Source: Marsupella aquatica
Taxonomy: Eukaryota > Plantae > Marchantiophyta
Reading direction: 5' to 3'
DNA length: 64,000 bases
Assembly: GCA_973895155.1 (NCBI GenBank)
Contig: OZ316891.1
Span: forward strand, 11,161,875 to 11,225,874
The notes beneath the pieces are model-generated. The model saw only the letters and a program-made list of their open reading frames with translations. It searched no databases and was not told where the DNA came from. This document shows positions 63,746-64,000 of the stretch, piece by piece. A program made the translations under genes and the position numbers. How positions within the stretch are numbered: position 1 is the stretch's first letter; each line of letters begins with the position of its first letter.

Positions 63746-64000
63746 GAGGTCACTTGAGGTCAAACCAAGGTCACAGGAAGGCAAAAGACAAATAATTACG
63801 GACAAAGGCAATGTTTATAAATAAATTAAAGGAAATAAAAGCAAAAAGACAGACACAAAATTAAGGCAAAGGGGGAGAAATCCGACATACCAAAAGGGAG
63901 TTAAAGGAGATGGTATCCAGAGCTATTAATGGAGGTTTGCAGATCAAGGGTCAACAAAAAACTTCTTTTCCATCCAATGGTTGAGGTTGAATCCGGCCCA

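Noticed and set aside
63366-63811. Repetitive ORFs resembling LRR or repeat proteins
   Set aside because: Translations of the minisatellite, with frame-breaking 18/19-bp units.

Overview
Eukaryotic plant genomic DNA, probably a non-seed land plant such as a bryophyte (inferred from gene content, short GT-AG introns and TE types). From left to right: the 3' end of a 2-hydroxyacyl-CoA lyase gene; a full-length, decayed Bianca-type Ty1/copia retrotransposon (4129-14680, 109-bp LTRs, TATTT TSD) carrying two nested insertions; a head-to-tail array of four fast-diverging paralogues (19.4-31.9 kb) that together hold seven copies of a ~110-130-aa Myb/SANT/trihelix-like domain plus a shared C-terminal helical module; a CACTA transposase remnant; an intronless CDKE/CDK8 CDS; a complete 16-exon WASH1 (Arp2/3 activator) gene that the ORF track misses; a 5-exon plant zinc-finger gene resembling Arabidopsis AT1G32730; and many tandem repeats and small TIR elements. 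The strongest candidate for an undescribed system is the four-gene tandem-domain array, followed by the intact plant WASH1. Gene models were assembled by eye from splice signals and reading phase. Family assignments come from remembered motifs, not database searches.
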